Below, in pieces: positions 1 through 16,442 of a stretch of 64,000 nt of DNA. Below the pieces are notes generated by a model, which saw only the letters and a list, made by a program, of their open reading frames with translations, made no database searches and had not been told where the DNA came from. The stretch spans positions 62,001 through 126,000 of the forward strand of contig DF237052.1 of assembly GCA_000708835.1 (NCBI GenBank), in the 5' to 3' direction. A program made the translations under genes and the position numbers. Source of the stretch: Klebsormidium nitens. Taxonomy: Eukaryota > Plantae > Klebsormidiophyceae. Position 1 is the first letter of the stretch. Every line of letters starts with the position of its first letter.

Positions 1-1807
1 ATCTCTCACTACATGCGCTCGGTCTGGACAATTCCAGCTGGTCTTCGATCCACCGTCCGCATGATTAGCAGAAAGAAAGCATTCCTAACACCGCCTGAAA
101 AACGTACTGCGCGACAGAGAACCTGTGAACCTTTTCCGATGTGGCAGGTTGGGCGAATGATCCATCTATGCGTCTACCCTTCACGCCGACTGAGGTCCTT
201 TTTCATGCGCGCGCTTGCACCATCTTCGATACTGTTGATCGATTACATATTTCAATCTTTCAGACTTCAGGTTGATCCTTCAAAGCTATTACCCAGGCAG
301 TGAGGAAGCCCATCTGACTTTTTGAAGTCAGGCTCGCTTCTGGATAGGCACAGCCGATGCCTGTCAAGCTATTCTCCTTTTCTGTGGTGCAGCAGATTCT
401 CAAATTGGGTCTCTGTTCTCTCTCGCTTGATCACCTCCGGGTTCCCGCTTTCGTAGAATTTGCAAATCACGTTGGAATCGAAACTCTGCGTGTGTACCCT
501 GTTCGTTTAGCTCTCGAAGCCCCGAATCTGGTGATGCGGGCGTTCTGACGCCCTCCATCTGCATATGGAGAGTTGGCCCTGCAACATACTAGCCAACAGC
601 CAGCTTGATTCTGCGCGTCTGCTGCTAAAGTCAGCGTTTACGCCCACCCTGGCGGCGGTACCTTTCGCTGAGATTCTCAGCCTTTTGACCAAAAAGAACT
701 GATAAAGAACGGCATAAAGAACGGATGCCATGTGCACGCAAGGGGAGAATTCAATCGTCCAAATGGCAGGAAGCTTTGATAGTGTACACGTGGTCGTGCT
801 GATGAGGTAATGGCTTTTTGGACCTAGTGCGCCAATTGTTGCACCTGAAGTACCTCTGTGAAGCCAGTTGGATTATCGGCAAATTGCCCACGTTCCCTCG
901 TTTAACAATGACGTTGTCGTTTGATCGAAGTCGCCGTCGGATTTTGCTACAACCATTTGTAAGTGCTATTCGCCCTGGCAGAACAGACCCAACTGCTCTC
1001 CGCAGTCAGACCCGTCTTTCCATTGCCGCGCGCATGCGTTATCCTTTATCGGTCCGCTGAATCATCTATCTCCACGTATGCACCTCCTACTCAGATCACC
1101 CACACGGCTCATCATCATTTCAACTTCTGGCCTCCGCGATCGCTTGCAACTTTGAATTCTCAGAGCCTTATCGTCTAGCTTCCCCCCAACCAGACGTCTG
1201 CGCGGCGCAAGGGGGTGGTTTACTCATTGTGACTCCAGCTGGACGGTGGCTCGCTTCTTCGCACAGCATTTGCGGCCGCGCTGCCGCGTTCTAACTAGCT
1301 GTTTTTTGTCAGAAGGGTTCCAAATTGGGATTTGTACACACGTTTTCCTACATTCTTTTCGGCTCAACTACTGACCGGATATTGCTCCGACCCTGCCGGT
1401 GACAGACGTAGACTTACCGGATGCTGGCAATTCAAGCGTCCGACCAATGCTGCTGGCATTTCCAAGCGGTTTTAAGGCACGAAGTTGCGTCGCGTTGGGG
1501 GTGCAGCTCGTTTTCAGAGCACACGCGTGCCGTTTCGCCGTCAAAGCTAGAAGTTGACATCGTCGGCTTTGGCGCCTGCGCTAAGGACCCGGATCCGCTC
1601 TGAGCGCACGCAACTTGATACCTGCTAGTCGCAGAGTCACTTCAGCCAAATCTTGAAGAACCGGCAGTGCCGGCTTACAGCGTTCTAAGCCCACTTTGAA
1701 ACTTGCCATCACTTAGTAGCAACTCGTGAACATCCTAGGATTTTGTCTTGCTTGTCTGGTGCCCAGTAGCGCCCGCCCTTGATCATCCTTCGGGGCAAAG
1801 CGAGACG

Positions 1808-1857
1808 TCGATGGCTTTTTCACGATGGTTTTCTTCACGATGGTTCCTTCACGATCG
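1808..1857. repeat. Short degenerate tandem repeat, 14-15 bp unit (ttcacgatggt core), about 3.5 copies
   Basis: cacgatgg occurs at 1821 and 1836, cacgatcg at 1850, and cgatgg at 1809. Confidence 0.8.
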
Positions 1858-3201
1858 ACTTGAGAGATCACTGCCCGGCTGTCAGCGGCGGTTGAAAGAC
1901 GGTGCGATAACTGATACTCTTCGGCAAGCATAGACTTATGTTTAAACCGAATAACAAATCTGAGGGGTCGTCAAATCCGGCGAGCCTGGATTTGGCTTCG
2001 CAGATCTGGATGTGGCAGGGATGAACAAGCCCCGGCTCTTCCCTTTGGGACGGATCACCACGTGGGTGTTGCCTTGTGCACTGACGCCATCTCCACTTTC
2101 CCCGGACAGATCCTGCTGACGTCTTCACGTGATTCTTCCATTCTATCGACCTCGGGAAATGGCACGTTTCGGTTTGAAATTGAAGCTGGGTGTCAAGGAC
2201 AATTCATTCATTCATTCATACTTCTATTATAAGGACCGTAGCTTGCGCCATGGGCCCGAAGAGTACTCTAGTGTCAACACACGATCCGACCGAGTTCGAA
2301 CAATGGTACTGAGATGCTAAACATCTTACTATCCTGCCTATATCAACCTTTGACACTTTAGCTCAGCTACCCCTCAGCTAGCCCAACACTCCTGGCACTG
2401 AGGACCTAATGTGTAAAAAGAATTGGCCATGTATGCACCTACGCTTGTGCACTGGTATGAGGCGTGCCTAGCTCATTGCTCTACGCATGACCTTGAAGGC
2501 TGGGCCAATGGTGTTCCTTTCAGCTTGGACGCCGATGGGGTGTCTTTGTGGTCTCGGACGATAAGGTAGCAGATGATAGTAGAGCCAGGATCTCAGGCAA
2601 TTGTTCCGAAACTCATTGGATCGTAGGATGACAAGACCGAGCGGGAACATTTGCTTCGGATGCGTCTGGCTGCCGGTGAGGCCGTCTGCAGACCTCTTCC
2701 TTAGAAGATGGCAGTCAGATGTGGGCATCCTTAGCATGAACCGGCAGGGTTTGAAGGGTTGTGAGGGGAACCTCAAACTAATCGAAGCTTGCCAGAACCG
2801 AACATGGTCGCCGTTGCTGAGCAGCGGGAACTGCGTTGCCCCTATAAAAAGCCTTTCCTGGCACGCCCTGTTTTCGCACTGCGTCCGGTTTTTGGGAGAG
2901 GGAAAAAGGTGGCCTAGTGTGCAGTTCCGTGCATGTGGCTTCACTGATGACCATGCGGGATTATGGCAAGACCACCGGATACTAGAGGGCCATCGGTTCA
3001 ACAATTCTCTTACGCATGAAACCGAAGAGCATAATTGCAACGTCGATCAGCCATGTCACGAAGGATGTATCGGCTGGTAGTTCAAGAGTTCGAGAAACCG
3101 CAAAGATCAGAGCACCTACACCACGCTCGTAGGACTCAGCCCCCATTCGTTCGGCTCCTTCTACACTCTATAGAGAATATACTTTCAAAATCTCCGGGAT
3201 G

Positions 3202-3286
3202 CGACATGCGGCTATGACAGATTCGCGTGGCCGCACCATTGTAGTGGTCAATAAGCTTCTCTACGAACGTTTCCTTCCGAAGCCGT
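3202..3286. repeat. Diverged dispersed repeat, copy 1 (partner at 6258-6335)
   Basis: An identical 18-mer cgacatgcggctatgaca lies at 3202 and 6258. Both copies are followed by cattgtagtgg and gaagccgt at similar spacing. Confidence 0.75.
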
Positions 3287-4506
3287 AAGTCGCTTTAAAT
3301 TACATGAGCTGTAAATATCTATTGCGATCCGACGCTGGCCGGATTGTTTTGCTCAACGACGGGAGTACTGCATTCATCAGAAGCGACTCGCTGTCTGATC
3401 TCGTAGAAGGTTGTACAGAAAGTTCGATGCGCAACTTTCTCGATGCAAGAGTTTCTCGATTTTTCTCAACCCGCCCTCATTTATGACAACCTCGACTATT
3501 TTGAAATCAATCCACGTTGCCGCTGGCAATGTGGGAGCCTGTCGAATCGGTCACGTTGATATTGTGTCACCTGCCTGGCTGTGGGCAGGGATCAATAGTA
3601 CCTTTACCAACTCCATGTAGGTATTGGTGTTGAAACAAGTCAGCTACTATAGTCACGGTGTTGGAAGTTGCGTGGCCATCGCGTTTCAAAGCCTGAGCAG
3701 CGTTCAGATTTTGTGACGAGCTGCTGATCGAGAGGGCGTCAAATTGTAGAACCTGCTCCTTGAGCGATTGTCGTGCTTCATCTTTGGATGTAAATGAATG
3801 CAACCGTTCATTGCGGGCCGTGATTAAGAGGAATGCAATAGGCCCCTGGTGGTCAAGCAAGACGAGTTCGTGACGTGCACTGACGCCATACTGTCCGGTT
3901 CTTTTTCTGCTTGCAGGCATCTGGCCTGCTTGATTGGGGTCATGGCGGTCAAAGAAGTACTTGGGTAACGGTCAAAGAACCTGCTCTAACGACAACGACG
4001 TAATCCCTGGGTCGGTTTGCTAACACGACATTTGACGGATATGCTTTTAGGACCATTCGACAGATCTAGAGTCGTCGAAATGCTGATGCTGAACCGGAAC
4101 CGAGGTGACGCTCTCAATCCTGGTACTAAACAGTTCTCCATGTTTAGTACAGCGACTAGTCAAAGCAATGCACCGCAAGGCATAAGAGGAGCGAGATTGG
4201 CTCTCCAAGGTTCGCTCTTGGCCATTTCCGTTGCGGCCGCGGGCGCCTTCAGCTTCACGCTCCTCGTTCAGCGCGTCTCTCGATCTGCCACACGTCGGTG
4301 TAACAAATCACTATCGTCCACTTTGGCTGCTGCGCCAAGCGCGCGCAGCCGGCCGCGGCGCGCGCGTCTTGCGTCCAAACGTACGGATCAGCAATCTTCA
4401 CTTCGGTCCTTGAAAAGACCGAAAGTTTGGGCAGAGCAGCGTACGCGTAGCTCGCCCACTGCGAAGGTTCACTCAAACCGCGATCGCCACGTAGAAATCT
4501 AAACAA

Positions 4507-4556
4507 TTGGCCAGTTTGAGCGTTTGGGCCAGTTCGAACGCTTGGGCCAATCGGAC
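4507..4556. repeat. 18-bp tandem repeat (ttgggccagttcgaacgc-like), about 2.7 copies
   Basis: Units start at 4507, 4524 and 4542. Confidence 0.8.
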
Positions 4557-5588
4557 AAATGGTGGTTAGGAACGAAGTATGCCTTCGATTCGGGCAAGTT
4601 TGACTTTGAGCCGATGCCACTTGAGCTCTCCACTGGAAGACTTATTCTGTGCCTGGACCAGCTGTATCTACCGTCACACCGAGAGGAACGGTCTTGCTTA
4701 GTCTGACAAATTTGCTAGCAGATTTATGTCTAGAGCGCTCCTTCCCTGCTTTTGTAAGCCGTTGATGGGTTCATACCCTGTTGAATCTCCACAGCTTCGT
4801 ATGTAGACTCTCGGGCTTCTGGGCTATGATGAGACCGCCTGGCATGTAAGGAGGCCACGCGTCGATTTCAGCACTTTCTGTGACTCAATGAAGCCGCGCG
4901 CCACCAGTTTCCGTGTTGGCCAAATGGGCTCTCGCGCTCCAGACTTTTCGTACGAATGCAATCGAATTGACGATCAATCCTTTAATATCTAGGACTCTTT
5001 GTTCGTCGCCTGCCCCCGTTACCTGGTCAGGCCTTCTGCACCTCTGCTCCTTGCTGCCAAAGGGCCTCATATTTAGGCGATTCCCAATGATGCGCGCGCA
5101 CAACAAGCAGGGCTCCACCGCACGCGCGTTCCCTGCCTGCCGCAGATTTCCCTTTACCAAACCGTGAGCTCGTTTGTTGCTTCGCTTTATACTCGCCAAC
5201 CTACCAAGTGTCCTCAGTGGTCAAGAGACTCTTCAGGAGGCCCACCGCTTCCTTCTGACGTCAGGTTCCAATAGCCCTCACGGGCATGCGGTGATCTTGC
5301 TAACGTCGTACGTCGAGCGGTTCAACCACACACTGGACTGAGCAGGTTTAAAGCACTCTGCAAGTGAAGGTGACAATGACAACTTACTGGCTTGTAACCA
5401 GGGTTCAGGGTTGTCCTGCATATGAAATTCTGTTCGCACATGCATAATTCGTGGGGAACTATACCGCCACGCTGAAAAGAGCGTCCGCGCTAACGACGCT
5501 TTGTGGTAAAAGCTGCTCCAACAAACTGGTCGCGCTGAATCTGTTAGAAGTATTTGCGCACTGCCACTCGGGCCACACTGGCGCCAGT

Positions 5589-6110
5589 NNNNNNNNNNNN
5601 NNNNNNNNNNNNNNNNNNNNNNNNNNNNNNNNNNNNNNNNNNNNNNNNNNNNNNNNNNNNNNNNNNNNNNNNNNNNNNNNNNNNNNNNNNNNNNNNNNNN
5701 NNNNNNNNNNNNNNNNNNNNNNNNNNNNNNNNNNNNNNNNNNNNNNNNNNNNNNNNNNNNNNNNNNNNNNNNNNNNNNNNNNNNNNNNNNNNNNNNNNNN
5801 NNNNNNNNNNNNNNNNNNNNNNNNNNNNNNNNNNNNNNNNNNNNNNNNNNNNNNNNNNNNNNNNNNNNNNNNNNNNNNNNNNNNNNNNNNNNNNNNNNNN
5901 NNNNNNNNNNNNNNNNNNNNNNNNNNNNNNNNNNNNNNNNNNNNNNNNNNNNNNNNNNNNNNNNNNNNNNNNNNNNNNNNNNNNNNNNNNNNNNNNNNNN
6001 NNNNNNNNNNNNNNNNNNNNNNNNNNNNNNNNNNNNNNNNNNNNNNNNNNNNNNNNNNNNNNNNNNNNNNNNNNNNNNNNNNNNNNNNNNNNNNNNNNNN
6101 NNNNNNNNNN
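5589..6110. other. Assembly gap (522 N)
   Basis: Run of N characters in the sequence. Confidence 1.
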
Positions 6111-6257
6111 TATCGGCCTCGCATTCAGCGTAGCCGTTTGTTTGTTTTCTTGGCAGCGTTGTTCCAAAATTAAGCCGGCAACTCCATCACGCTCGTCCAA
6201 CTGGACTCTTTCGTGGCGCGTCTACAAATTTTCCAAAACATCATTGCGACTCCTCTT

Positions 6258-6335
6258 CGACATGCGGCTATGACAAAGTCACATGGTCACATTGTAGTGG
6301 CCACATGACTGCATGTGTCACTTCTCTGAAGCCGT
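6258..6335. repeat. Diverged dispersed repeat, copy 2 (partner at 3202-3286)
   Basis: Same shared blocks as copy 1. On the minus strand both copies read HYN...CHSRMS, with stops nearby. Confidence 0.75.
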
Positions 6336-9300
6336 GCAACTCTTGACGTGGAAGAAGTTTTTCGGTTGGCACGTCCGGCTCTTCGAAAAGTTTCTTTCGC
6401 AAACCTATTATCATAGACATCTGCGAGAGCGCTCTCGGTAGCCCAAGTGCTGACTGAGCAGTGGACATTCCCAAAATTACAGATTCTCAAAAACCTCGAG
6501 TCTTTCCGGAAACTATATTCTATCTCGCAGGCTGGTGCCCGGTGTGGTAATTCAGACAAGACTAAATGATGAGAAAGCGCCCGGAAAGCGTCCGGTTGAA
6601 ATTGCTCTCTTGCCCTGTCAACGACGAAGTAAAAACGGAAGCTGGGCCCTTAACCGCTTAGTGATGTAGAGACTAAGGCCCCCACTTAAAAGCGGAACCG
6701 AAGTGCAAGGCGAAAAGTAGCTGTGTTCTTGCTGAAAAAGCCTTAACCCTGACCGTCGCCTCTGTGACGGCAGCCGAGGCCCGACAGTCTCGCCGCAGCT
6801 TTCTTGTAAGATACGGGGACCGTCTCTTAGTGCGACGTCACGGCAGCTGAGAAACGCTCAGACGCGACGCGGCCGGCATCCCAGAGCTGCGCGTGTACGC
6901 GCTTCCCGCGTCGGGCCTTGGTCTCTTTGCCGGCCGCACGGCCGCAAGCTCCTGATTCGGTGCGATCTGGAGATGAGCGCGGCTATCATGTAGCTCGACA
7001 ACGTGGTATAGAACCGCCCACACGTGCATGCCGCGGCCGAGCGTCGCCCAGCGCCTCGCGCGTGAGCGAGGCTCCTCCGCGCCCCGCGCCTTCCCAAGTT
7101 GGTCTGCTTGCCACGGCCGCGCGGCCGCCCTTTGGCGCGCTTTTGAAAACAGCGCGGCCGGCCTCTGATACTTTGGCATATTCAAGAGCGAAACAACTTT
7201 CCTTCCACGCCAAGTGGCCAAGAATGTTTGCTTGGGCGCTTCTTAAACGTTCGCCCAGCCGCTCGTGTCGAGAACTCTGTGAGCTTGTGCGGGCCACCCT
7301 TTCGTCGCTTGGACGCCTATACCAAAATTGAAAACTTCATGGAACCCCGACCACGCGCTTGGGCTTTCAATGTCAGGACTCCCGCCCTGTGACGTCAGCT
7401 CGGAGGAGCTCTTTGCCGGGCGTTTCGTGCGCGCGCTCTTGCTCGCGCTAGTACTCGCGCTCGACGCGCGCAGGAATCCGAACTCGCTTTGGCTCTGCCA
7501 GTTAAGAAGGCACCGCTAGACACGGGGGCCTGACGTGAACCGGCTCACATCTTACCCAGACAACTCTCAATAGATAGCAAAAATTACTTGCATTCTACGT
7601 TATGGCAAGGATGACCGCGATTACGTACCTGGCCGTGTTGGATTCTCGCGGCCAGGGTTCATCTGGTTCCGTCGTGTTGATGCCAAGCCAAGCTCGCATT
7701 TTTTGGAAGGGGCGAAGGACGATACGTGCATCAAAGTGGCAGTAATTTGCACTGGCCACACAGCAACTTAAGATACTCTCCAACAGGTGGAGCTTTTTCA
7801 TGTCTTCGCGCCTTGATCGACTGCTGCAGCAGTTTTCCAGACCGGCCAAGAAACCTGGCTGCTTCGAATCGAATGAAACCCGCAGAGATTCGTTAGTCGT
7901 CGTCCTTTCCTCGCGCCTCCAGAGTTGGTCGCTTTTGAGCCGGCTCCGGCGCGCGTGGCTTTCCTCTGCTCGCACCGGCGCCGCGCGTGGATGAGCTCGG
8001 TCCATTAAGATTCTGCCGCACACGAAATCTCTGCCGCGTGCGGCCGTTGACAGTTTTAAGATCACCGGGTGGTGTCGAGCCCGGCTGTGGGCGTTGGTTT
8101 GTGTTGCCTGTACGAGCGCGGCCGCAAATAATCTTGGGGTCGATTTTCCGCTTACCTTTTACGGGCGGGCGATCTGTTTATCCCCGCCTTCTTCAGAGCA
8201 GCTAGTATCCGGGCAACCCACAGCTGGCAAGCTGCAAGAACGAAACAATCGGGTCTGAATTCTTGGTGAGGGTTTTCGCAAACGGGGCTTACCCTTGGGG
8301 GCTGGATCGCTGGCGCCCAACTGATGATGACGTGCCCCCAGCACAACGAGAGTCTTATAAGCCCTTCCCGGCCAAACATTTTTGGGACTGCTTCTGTCAC
8401 GCTGCCCTTTGCAGAGCGTTCGCCACAGAGGCTTCCGTTGTGGACCACTAAAACGTTTCTGTGCACACCACAGCCACAGACTTTAGGGATGACCATCATC
8501 GATCCCCCGTCTGCTGAATTCGTAAGGTTTCGACAGCGCTGGCTTCAAGGCTACAAATGCAAAGTGCTGACGCCAGCACAGTTACAAGGCCCTGGCGAAC
8601 ATCTCCTTACCAGGACAAGGTACTCACGGCACTTGCATCAAATGAGCCCAGCAACGCTGACACGTTATCGGTTACCCGCAAGTTGCATTCGAACCATTGA
8701 ATGGAGTTGGACTTGCAGAATGGCAGCTTAGAATTGCAGGGCGCAAGGTTTCTTGAAAGTGGGAAACAGGGATTCTATGGGTCGTCTTGAAGTCAAAAAT
8801 GGAGCTACAATAGCCCACTGGTTTGCCCATGCAACCTTCAAGGCCCCCCAGGTCCTTTGAGGGAAGATCCTGTTCTAAGCCGCCTCAAAATCTTGCTAAC
8901 AGTCATGAACTAAGGCACGAGGTCCTATGATGTTCTAATTCACCCCCCCGTCTTTTTCGCTTCTTCGATCTACTGAGTATGCGACATGTGTCGCGCACTT
9001 TCTGCTGCCACTTAGAAAGTTACCTACACGCGGGATCCACGTCGAACCCATGCAAACACGTGTGCCTTGCGCCTTGAGGGTGGCGTTAAAATGGCGAAGC
9101 GCCTTGCAACTCACTCGGCGCTCTGTTTTGGCTACGTAATCATGCAGCTAAGAGCGCAGCGCAGGTCCTTTTCGTCGAATTTCCGATTGTGAGTGCTTAC
9201 TAGGTCAAAGGAAGTCCTCTTTTGTTTCTATCGACCTGATGGCTATGAATCGAGGCTACCTGGCCGCCCGTCGAGCGGGTCAGCGGAGCCGGAACTCCTG

Positions 9301-11685
9301 ATCTGATGCCGTCCTTCCCCACCCCTCGTTTGTATCACGTGAAACAGGAATCCTTTCTCGCATCCGTAGCGGTGTCTAGTTACGGGATTTCTGATTTCAG
9401 CAAACCAGCCTCACACCGGGGCCTATCTCCGCGTCGTCAGCCACTTTGCCGAGCGGAATGCTCCAGTTGGGCCCCCGGTTCGGCTCCGGTTCGGAGCCAA
9501 GGCGCCCGGTGAATGATTCGGTCCTGACGCTTGCAGACCACTTTGACCTACGTTTAGGTCCTGCTGCTCTGGGCTTGATTCAAATCTTTTTCATGGTACG
9601 TGTTGTCAATGACCCGTTTCCAGAAACTTGGTAACGAGGAAGCAGAATGCATCAGGGCGGTGGTCGCAGTCGTACCCTCTTATAGTGTCTCTCTCTTCTC
9701 TGAACATCTGCTCCTGCGGATCCGCCGGAGAAGCTTGACCAGCGTATTGAATCGATTGATTTGAGCTTTCGGGATTTCAAAGATCAGACTGGCGCCTGCA
9801 TTCTACATCCTAACCATTCTTTCTCCACTTTGATCCTGTGGCTATGAGGAAGGATGTGCGGCCCATGTGGCAAACACCAACCGTCTGTTCTGCTTACACC
9901 TTCTGACTGCCCGCTCTATTCTCTCATGCAATTCTTGCGTTTGTCGAGCCAAGGGAGCATTTGGGCCGTCCCAAATTTGGCACTTTGGCTATTTGCGAGC
10001 GAGCTCCGTTTGGGGTTTGCTGGTGCATATTTCTTTGTTCTACTTCTCAGCAATGAGGAAGCCAACAATCCGGCCCTATTCGACACGAGGTATTAAGAGT
10101 GTTGGTGCAAGGCGATGTCGAAGCCGCAAAATAATTATAAATCAGATGTCTTCGAGGCGACCCAGCTGACGCCCCAGTCAAACAATATTGTGGTCTCTAT
10201 TTCTCCAGCTGCTCCACTTAAGGCGCAATAAGAATCTGGATACTTATACGAAGCCAGTCTTTTGGGTGCCTATGGATGTCGAATTCAGAAACGTGCCACG
10301 TGGCACCCAGTGCCCATGCCCCGGCAAGTCGGGTCCCTGCACAAGACCTGCACTAAGACCTGTAATGCGCCATCTGTTTTGAGAGCATCCTTGGAGCCGG
10401 CTTTCGACAACGTTGTGACTGATCCTCAAGACTTGTAACGTTTTGCAGCCGCACAATGTTACGATGAAGCTGCTTCGAAAACTACTTCGTGACCCGCGAA
10501 TTTCCTTTTCGTGAAAGAGTGACTATCAAGCCAAGAGCCCTGTCAATGTGGACCCGGCGCTTCTATCTAACTTGGTCGCGAGCTCAGTCCTTCTGAGCTT
10601 CTCGATGACTGCATAGTTCTGCGAGATAGCGTAACCAGTCTTTGAAACGTAACTATGTCCTGGCAACATGTAGGGCCCGAATCTGTCTGAACGGACTTTG
10701 CAGACCGGCGTTTACAGATCACGGTGATCAACGGGCCGGGGCTTCGAGATTTTGGCATACCGCCCAGACCCTGCTTAGCGCATATGGTCGAGCAGGTTTG
10801 TTCAAAACTTGTAGCTCCACTCCAAATATTCACAGACGTCGTAATTCATTTCACAGTAAAGACGTAGCAAGGGAAGGGGATCACAGTGGTCATGCGACAT
10901 CCAATGACAAGTTAGTATCATTAGATTTGTATCAGCTCCACGCGCAGGTTCTGGCGGGACGGGACGCAGATCTTATCTGATGAGAATCAGTGGCTTGCAT
11001 GGCTCCATTGATGAGTCCGCGGGGACAACGCACGAAGCACCGACACATGCAGATACTATAAATTGGATCGTAGCAAAAACAGCAACATCTAGAAGTGAAT
11101 GATAACTGCCTGAATTTGACGGTTCATGCATGCATGCAAAACACCAATTCCGGCTCGCGTCGTACGTCCAACCTTTTGTACTAGGAACCAACGCGTACTG
11201 CACAAATCATGTCATGTAGAAAACATGCATGTGGTATAGTAAAATATAAGGCTCACCGAACTGCATGTCAAAATGGAACTTAGACTTAGCCGCGGGGAGC
11301 ATATGTGCACCCGCCGGCTTTTCTCACCAGTCGATCGTCATTTTTGTTATATGCAGTGTTGTGCCATAACACGGATGCCAAGACGCGTAACTTCTTCGAT
11401 CTCGGTATACTCAATGTTCTGTAAAATAATCATTGAATTGTTATGCGCCGACAACATGCACTGCAACGTGAACCCGATGGTAGCGACACGAGTCATGATC
11501 GAAGCGTGGTGGCTTCGATTTGTCATTGAACCGATTAACATCGGATATCCTCAAATACAATGGTGTTTGCTTTGGCAGCCATACGTGGGCTCAGCTACAG
11601 ATATTGCTCCCGAAGGACCTCCGAAGACTCAAAGTGTCAAGGTCCAGCTGAGCGCTACATACGGTGTATCTATACTTCCCTGGAT

Positions 11686-15666
<3,981 letters not shown>

Positions 15667-16442
15667 TTCGACATTCTAGAGTGCTTGAGCTACCCTTCAA
15701 TGTGGTCCATCCACTGTCAGCAAGTCAGAGAACTTTGCACATAGCTACTTGCCTGGCACCGCAGTTTTGTGATAAGCGTTGTAACTTATGAGGCCCATTC
15801 CTGAGACATTAAGTACAGGCAATCTTAGATTGATCTAAAAAGCTAGCTGCATCTGTCCTCTAGAGGCTGCATTCTCACCGCCTCTCACGGCCCAGCTTCT
15901 CGGGCAGGACGCAAAGAAGGCTCTTTGGCTGCATTACCACTTCGCGAGTGCTGCCTCAACAGATAAAAAATCTGCGTTACAAGTATTTCCTTCTTTAGAA
16001 AGGCCACCGAATATTGTCAGAGCACTATCAAACAGCGCGCCGCCATGATCTGTCTCAGTAAGGGCCAATCTGACTCCATATGGCCCCCTCTTTGGAGCCA
16101 GGAGCAGCTGATTAACGCAGGCCCTCCCAATACATGAATCAACGTGGAATTGCGTCCCCACTCTCCCATGCGCATGCGGGATTTCGTTGCATGACAATGA
16201 AAGAATGGACATGTTTTCTTCCTTGGTGAAGCGTCATGTACATCATGCATGTTTCTGAATCTCTCCGGTTACTTTTAGCCTTTAGGGTTTGAGCATTTTG
16301 GGGGAGTTCTCTAGTTTTGAGAACTCCCCCAATGGCCTGCCAGAAGCTGAAGCCTTATAACCTCTTTCACTCTCGAGCAGACAATACATGCAACCTTTCA
16401 AAGTCTGGCGGACATCACGATTTGTGACGTTGTGGAGGAAAG
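15667..16442. promoter_or_regulatory. Putative bidirectional promoter/5'UTR region between JMJD7 (-) and the HPt-like gene (+)
   Basis: Divergent ATGs at 15666 and 16443, with 776 bp between them. No specific motif identified. Confidence 0.45.

Noticed and set aside
5451-6273. Four 218-240 aa ORFs in the ORF track
   Set aside because: They are artefacts of the N run having no stop codons.
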